DNA of 64,000 nucleotides from Amoebidium appalachense (Eukaryota > Protista > Ichthyosporea). Every line of letters starts with the position of its first letter. Position 1 is the stretch's first letter. The position numbers and the translations under genes were made by a program. Positions 58,108-64,000 of this stretch are shown here, one piece after another. The stretch is taken from positions 2,172,231-2,236,230 of the forward strand of contig CAVNZM010000009.1 of assembly GCA_963693365.1 (NCBI GenBank), written 5' to 3'. Below the pieces are notes generated by a model. The model was not told the origin of the DNA. It saw only the letters and a list, made by a program, of their open reading frames with translations, and did no database searches.

Positions 58108-58169
58108 ACCCTGATCACGGCCATCTAGAAACACCACACCAGGTGTTTCTAGATGGCCGTGACCCTGTT
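58108..58169. mobile_element. 46-bp inverted-repeat remnant with near-perfect 8-bp target-site duplication
   Basis: ACCCTGAT + CACGGCCATCTAGAAACACC-ACACCA-GGTGTTTCTAGATGGCCGTG (58116-58161) + ACCCTGTT. Confidence 0.65.
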
Positions 58170-58834
58170 ATATAATCATCACACGACATCTATGTACGTG
58201 ATCATGATATACCGCTGAGGGGATATTCCGGGCAAAAACCCCCCATACCTCAGACTGGCCATGGTCTCTCTTTGCCTCAAGTAAACAGCGTAAACCCCTT
58301 CATTTTTTCTTTTTTAAAAATGACTTTATTGATATGCTCAGCAAAATAGAAGCCATCGAGATATCACCGATACCTCGGCGAAGAAAATGCAAAAGCCCTC
58401 ACTCTCGGATACAATGGAGATAACGACTTAAATAATCATACACCCTAGAAAACTCGTTAAACATACCGTGGTTCAACAGATAGTCAATAGACGTAATATC
58501 AGGATTATCTAAATAAGCCAGTCTTCTAATTTCTAACGGATAATCTGAGATAAATAAATACATCTATCTAAGTGTTTACGAGAAAAAGGTTCTGCACAAA
58601 AGTGGCACAAAACATTTATGGAAACAAAGGTTACAGCGCCAAAATAAACATTTCCAAGCTGTATCACAAGGAGGGGTTAGAATTGCAAAATCGGTAAGTG
58701 TGGTAGGTTTACGAGAGGAAGGATAAATATAAGTAGCTAATTACACAACGATTGTAGAGAAAATAGACGAGTCTCTAATATAAAAAGAAGCACAAGCTCA
58801 AGAGCCCTACCATGATACTCTTTATCACAACAAT

Positions 58835-59255
58835 GAAGCAAAGGATATTGAATATGAAACCAAGTAACATACTGCTGATAACTAGTAGAAGAGAAAAATA
58901 AAGGAGATAAGTATTGAAAAGGATATCTCGGAATGGGAGAGAGATTGGGGATAGGACATTTCGCACGAACATTAGAAATGCCGGGAACAGGTGCTAAAGA
59001 AGGAAAGAATTGCAACAAGGGATGATAAGAAGCAAAGGATATTGAGTATGAAACCAAGTAACATACTGCTGATAACTAGTAGAAGAGAAAAATAAAGGAG
59101 ATAAGTATTTAAAAGGATATCTCGGAATGGGAGAGTGACTGGGGATAGGACATTTCGCACGAACATTAAAAATGCCGGGAACAGGTGCTAAAGAAGGAAA
59201 GAATTGCAACAAAGGATGATAAGAAGCAAAGGATATTGAGTAAGCAAAGGATATT
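58835..59255. repeat. A-rich 194-bp tandem duplication (two copies plus a partial third)
   Basis: Units start at 58835, 59029 and 59223 (GAAGCAAAGGATATTGA...) with a few substitutions. An extra AAGCAAAGGATATT sits at 59242-59255. Confidence 0.9.
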
Positions 59256-59957
59256 AATCATTTTGTCCGATTGAAAACCAATCTATCAAGCATGGCCATG
59301 GAGCTTCTCCCCCAGGATGTAGATGTAGATGCCATTCGCTCCGAGTTTGTCGTTGCACAAAAATGGGTGCTTCATGTCATGGCCATTGTCTTCCTCGATA
59401 CCTCGACAGCGAATTCTTCTCAGCAGTGTTCCACAAGATGGAAGGCGAAAATGCCACCGTTCAGTTTCTCCAGTCTCTATCCGTACCGAAATCAGCACGA
59501 CAACATGGGTTGTGGCTGCAGAGATTCATCGCTTTGTGCGATGTCATGCCATTCTCCTTGGTGATTAGTGAGGTGGAGCCCAACCCCGTTACCGGCGAAT
59601 CTTTTGCCATTCTGCACGTAAACCCAGAGTTCACCGGCACGACGGGATACACATTGCAGGATACGAAAAATAGGAATTGCCGTTTTCTGCAAGGCCCCGA
59701 AACGGAGAAGGAGGCTTTGAACGCTATACGGAAAGGTTTGGCGCAAAGGCAGCCCGTGTTCATGTCTATCATCAACTATCGAAAGAACGGAGAAAAATTT
59801 ACCAATCTTTCTCTCCATGCGTCCAATTTTCGAGTCGAAGGCGGGTGTGTGTCGCTATTACATCGGTATGCAGTTTGACGTGACTGATTACTCGGATGCG
59901 AGGGTTGCGGCGCTTGGACCGATACTTCGGTTTCTGCCAGAGGAGATATGGCTCTAG
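59256..59957 (+). pseudogene. RGS-LOV blue-light photoreceptor sequence with two frameshifts and an apparently truncated RGS N-terminus
   Basis: EFVVAQKWVLHVMA[fs ~59383]HCLPRYLDSEFF resembles the RGS C-terminal helices. LOV core: HVNPEFTGTTGY...NRNCRFLQGPETE...INYRKNGEKFTNL[extra T at 59808-59810]LSMRPIF...YYIGMQFDV...ILRFLPEEIWL* (TAG 59955-59957). No introns seen. Confidence 0.8.
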
Positions 59958-60050
59958 TTGCTGTGCAGGGCTACTTTATTGGAGGCTGTGTGTGTATGTG
60001 TGTGTGTGTGCGCGCGTGCGCGCGTGCATGCGTGCGTGCATGTGCGTGTG

Positions 60051-60104
<54 letters not shown>

Positions 60105-60109
60105 ACGTG

Positions 60110-60146
<37 letters not shown>

Positions 60147-62557
60147 GTATTATATGAATGTATTTTATGAATGTGTTTTATGCTAAGCGTCGTGAAGTTG
60201 GCTGTTGTTCTTCTGAGCAGTCGAATGAAAGGGATAGATGATGGTAGACGCGTTTGTGACTCGTTTGTCATTGACAATGAATAATGTTTATGTATCATAT
60301 TTTTAGCCCTCCAGAGTAGGCCATGTCACTCCCCAGGCACAATAACAGGTTTGCAGGCTATCTTTTACTTGTATTAGCACAAACGGGAATGTTGTGTGTA
60401 AAGATGCCAATCATTTGGGCAGATTGTCACCGGGCTGTGTGTTTCCCTTTTTTATTTACTTCCTGAGCCTCTAGGATCACAAGCTAGCAATATACGCTGG
60501 GTAGCAGACCGAAATCAAATTCTAGTACTAATTTACGTAAGTAACACAATCATATGTGGACGATACCGTGGCACGCATGAATGTTCAGGGACCCTTTTTT
60601 TTTTATTCTTTACAGATGGCATTCATATGATGTAACACAACCATGTATGCACAATAAACGCATGCATGTTCAGGCGAACTATTTTATATTCTTTACAGAG
60701 TAGATTGCGTATACCGACATCTGTAAAGAGAAAAAGGATGATGCTGCATAATTTTATCATCGGTCCTGCTATTGTTGCTCTTGGGTATAAGGTTGTTTTT
60801 AAATCTTTATTGTTTCCCACGTACTAGAAGCTCTAGAAGTAGTAACTTTCCTAGGCTCTACCTTCATGTCCTATATCACGGTATGGCTTGTTTGTTGGTA
60901 AAACAACACTATCAATGCCAATCAACAGTATGCTCAGTAAGTTTTAACCTGTTACAGGCATTTCTTCATCTTCCCACCATATCGTAATATCCCACAGAGG
61001 TTTTTTTAACCATGCATGAATTTTCTCAATCTAAACGGTTTAAAGTAGTTTAAGGTTCCTCATTCACGCTTACTGCGATTTCTGGAATAAAGTGTAGCCC
61101 CGGTGGCTACTCGTGGAGAATTTTGAAGGTGCTATCTGACTGGTTAATTAACCCACCGTTTTTTTTTTCTTTTTAATCTCCCCCCCCCCCCCCCCCCCCC
61201 CCCCCCCAGTTCCCCCCCCCACCCCAAACACCACCACCATACCGAGTTCCGCCTGTTCCCCCACCCCCTCCTTCCCCGCCTCCTCTGACCCCCCGACCCC
61301 CCCCCCCCCCCCCTTTCCCCTCTCCCTCCCCCCCCCCCCCTCCTCCTCCCCCCCCCCCCCCCCCCCCCCCTTCCCCCCCCCCTCCCCCCCCCTTCCCCCC
61401 CCCCGGGGCCCCACGACCCAAACTCTACTCGTCTTCCTCTCTCCCATCAATTCCAGTAATGTTGCTCTATGCACACCCACTCGGCCAAAGCAGTGGAAAG
61501 GACGGTTACTCGCACCACCCTCCAGCAGTTTGAATGTTGGTGAAAGCAGTGAACGTTTCTAACTGGCCACACGCACGAGGGGAGGGGGTAAGGGGTAAGC
61601 TGGAGAAGTGGCGGGGGGGGGGGGGGGAGGGTTTTGCAAAAGGCTGTGAAGTTCTCGATCTTTCAAAACAACGACAAAGACCGCGTGCGTGTACACAACT
61701 CGATACACCGTAAGAAAGGAATGTGATGAATGGGTGCGCACGGTGTGTTCAGGCTCAGGCTGCGTCTGTGCGTGTGTGTGTGTGGGCGCACGTGTGTGTG
61801 CGCGCACACGTGCGCGCGCGCGTGCGCGCGTGCGTGCGTGCGTGGTGTGCCGTGCCATTGTGTGTATGGCACGCGTGTGGACTCCAATGGCTACGCATGT
61901 TGAATGCTGGTTTGGGTCAAGCACGGGCACTCCAAATGTTACCCCTTCTTGTGCATGCTTTAGTGACCCGGCCCGGAGGCCGTTAGTTGATATGGACCTT
62001 CACCTTGCATGTGTGTGTGTTGGACTGACGTGGAGGAAAGGACGAAGGGATGACGGGTGTTGGCAAAAAGCGGCATGCATATATAGGGATAATTGGATTA
62101 GGCAACTTCTCCGTGGTCTGTTGCTGTGTGTGGCGTTAGATTTTAAACCTTCTTGGTTGGAGGTAATGCGTAGAGTGTATTTAATATTTGGAATGTCGTG
62201 CCACCCTAGTTAGCATACTCTACGTTCATCCAATGATTCTCGCCTCAAGCCCCCTACCTAGAATCTTCCCTTCTTCGGAGTATCCTTCTCAAAACCCCCC
62301 TCTTCCTCCCCCCCCCCACCCCCCACCCCCACCCCCTCTCCCCCATCCCCCTGGTGAATGGGTCACCCTCAAGGGCCCTTCACCCCCCCCATATGCGCAC
62401 GCGCACACCCACCACAAATACTCCAGCACACGAGCAAAGCCTTTCCTTATGAGTCGACGTCCGTTAGCCTTGAAATATTTGTATCCAGGAAAATGGGGTG
62501 GGGGTGGGATTGGCAGCAGCGGCGGTGGTGGTGATGGTACGTGGTACGAGGGCCCGG

Positions 62558-62602
<45 letters not shown>

Positions 62603-63274
62603 ATGTGAATTTAATCGAACTCCACACCCAAATTTCTATGGCTTATGATCTCATGCACCATAAGTGCTTGGATATGACGCCAAACCACTAATAAAGTGTG
62701 CGGCTCAAAGCAGCCACATAGAAAACGTGTAAATGCCAGCGTCTAGGAAATAAAATTGAATGATTTCTGTCGGAGAATTTTCGGTGAATAAAGAATGGTG
62801 TGATGAGGCCAACATAAAGCCTTATAGAGGAAATGTAGAGCACGGGAAAGTGCGGGGGAGGGGGGGGGGGGGGGGAGGGGGGAGGGGGAGAAGGGGGGGA
62901 CGGAGGAGGTGTGGTGGTGGTGGTGGTGGTGGTGGGGGGGGGGGGGGGGGGGGAATAAGGGGCGGGGAGGAGGGATAGGAGTGTGTGCCACTGTGCGTGT
63001 GTGGTGGGGGTGGGGGGTGGGGGGGGGGGGGGGGGGGGGAGGGATTAATATTGGGGTGGAAGGATGGGGGAGGAGAGGGAGGAGGGGGAGGGGGGAGGGG
63101 GAGGGGGGGGGGGGGGGGGGGGGGCAACTGTGGCAGATCATTTTGCTGTGTGTCAATGTGTCTGTGTGTGGCAGGGATATTTAGAGCAAGTATTCCCTGC
63201 ATAATCATAACGTCCAGGACATTCGGCTAGAGTGCCCATTTTGTAGGAATATGGGGGGGTGGTGGTGGGTGGGT

Positions 63275-63305
<31 letters not shown>

Positions 63306-64000
63306 GGGGGGGGGGGGGAGGGGGGGGGGGGGGAGACTGGGTGGCCCTGGAGCTAGTATCATAGCATCATCTGACATCATGATTTGCCATACTAGCTGAT
63401 GATAGATTGGGGCGGGTGAGCATGCGTACGCCGAGGGGGGATGGGGGAGAAAAGTGGGGGGGGGGGGGAGGGGGGGGGGGGGGAGGGAGGAGGGGGGAGG
63501 GGGGGAGGGAAGCAAGGGAGGTGGGGTTCGGGGAGGGAGGGGGGGGGGGGTGGAGGGGGGAGGGGAGGGGTACGGAGTGGTTACCAGAGAATCTATAATT
63601 ATTCTTGAATTCATGCTAACCATGACGACCAATCATTTTTTAACCTTGTGTTTACAAACGTTAAGTGAAGCCGTTGAATGGCCCGGGCAGCTTTCAAGTA
63701 GACATCATAGCGGATCCACGATCCAGTCAGAAAGCCAATTAGTTGCAAATGCGGGAAGGGGGAGGAGGGGGGGGGAGAGGGGGGGGGGGGGGGGGGGGGG
63801 GGGTAAGGATGATTAGGAACAGTTTGGTGTCTAAGGGGAAGACGGGGAGGGAGGGGAGGGGAGAGCAGGGGTGACTTTGATCAAACAAAGTACTACGGGC
63901 ATTACAGCACGTACACGGAGATCTGTGATAATGGCAAATCACGTAATACTGTTGAATCGGATATCATTGCAAATTTGAGACTTAGAGATGTATGTACAAG

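Noticed and set aside
55624-58161. One 2.5-kb DNA transposon bounded by the two CACGGCC hairpins
   Set aside because: Each hairpin has its own distinct TSD, the outer flanks do not match, and no transposase lies between them.

Overview
Eukaryotic, intron-rich genomic DNA. Introns carry long poly-G/poly-C runs and (CA)n/(GT)n microsatellites, so most entries in the supplied ORF track are spurious. The gene content (an LRCH-type LRR+CH gene, a TTC9C-like TPR gene, GBP-like GTPases and a LOV domain) suggests a unicellular opisthokont, probably a holozoan; this is inference. Manual splicing with GT-AG boundaries and consistent phases gives: a 3-exon orphan gene (391-2155, +); a 2-exon membrane protein with a FADWYFSY motif and glycine zipper (3605-6781, +); a tandem pair of 11-exon GBP/atlastin-family GTPase genes (8024-16924 and 19067-29078, +); a 16-exon LRCH gene (30468-43965, -); an intronless head-to-head F-box/ORC4 pair (45527-48442); and a 5-exon TTC9C-like gene (50733-55192, -). 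The end of the window holds a decayed non-LTR retrotransposon, two short CACGGCC...GGCCGTG hairpins with target-site duplications, and a frameshifted RGS-LOV photoreceptor sequence (59256-59957). The most striking system is the GBP-like pair. Both carry a predicted signal peptide and one C-terminal TM helix, implying a luminal or extracellular GTPase domain. Both have G4 RD replaced by QH, and they show a patchwork of near-identical and strongly diverged exons.
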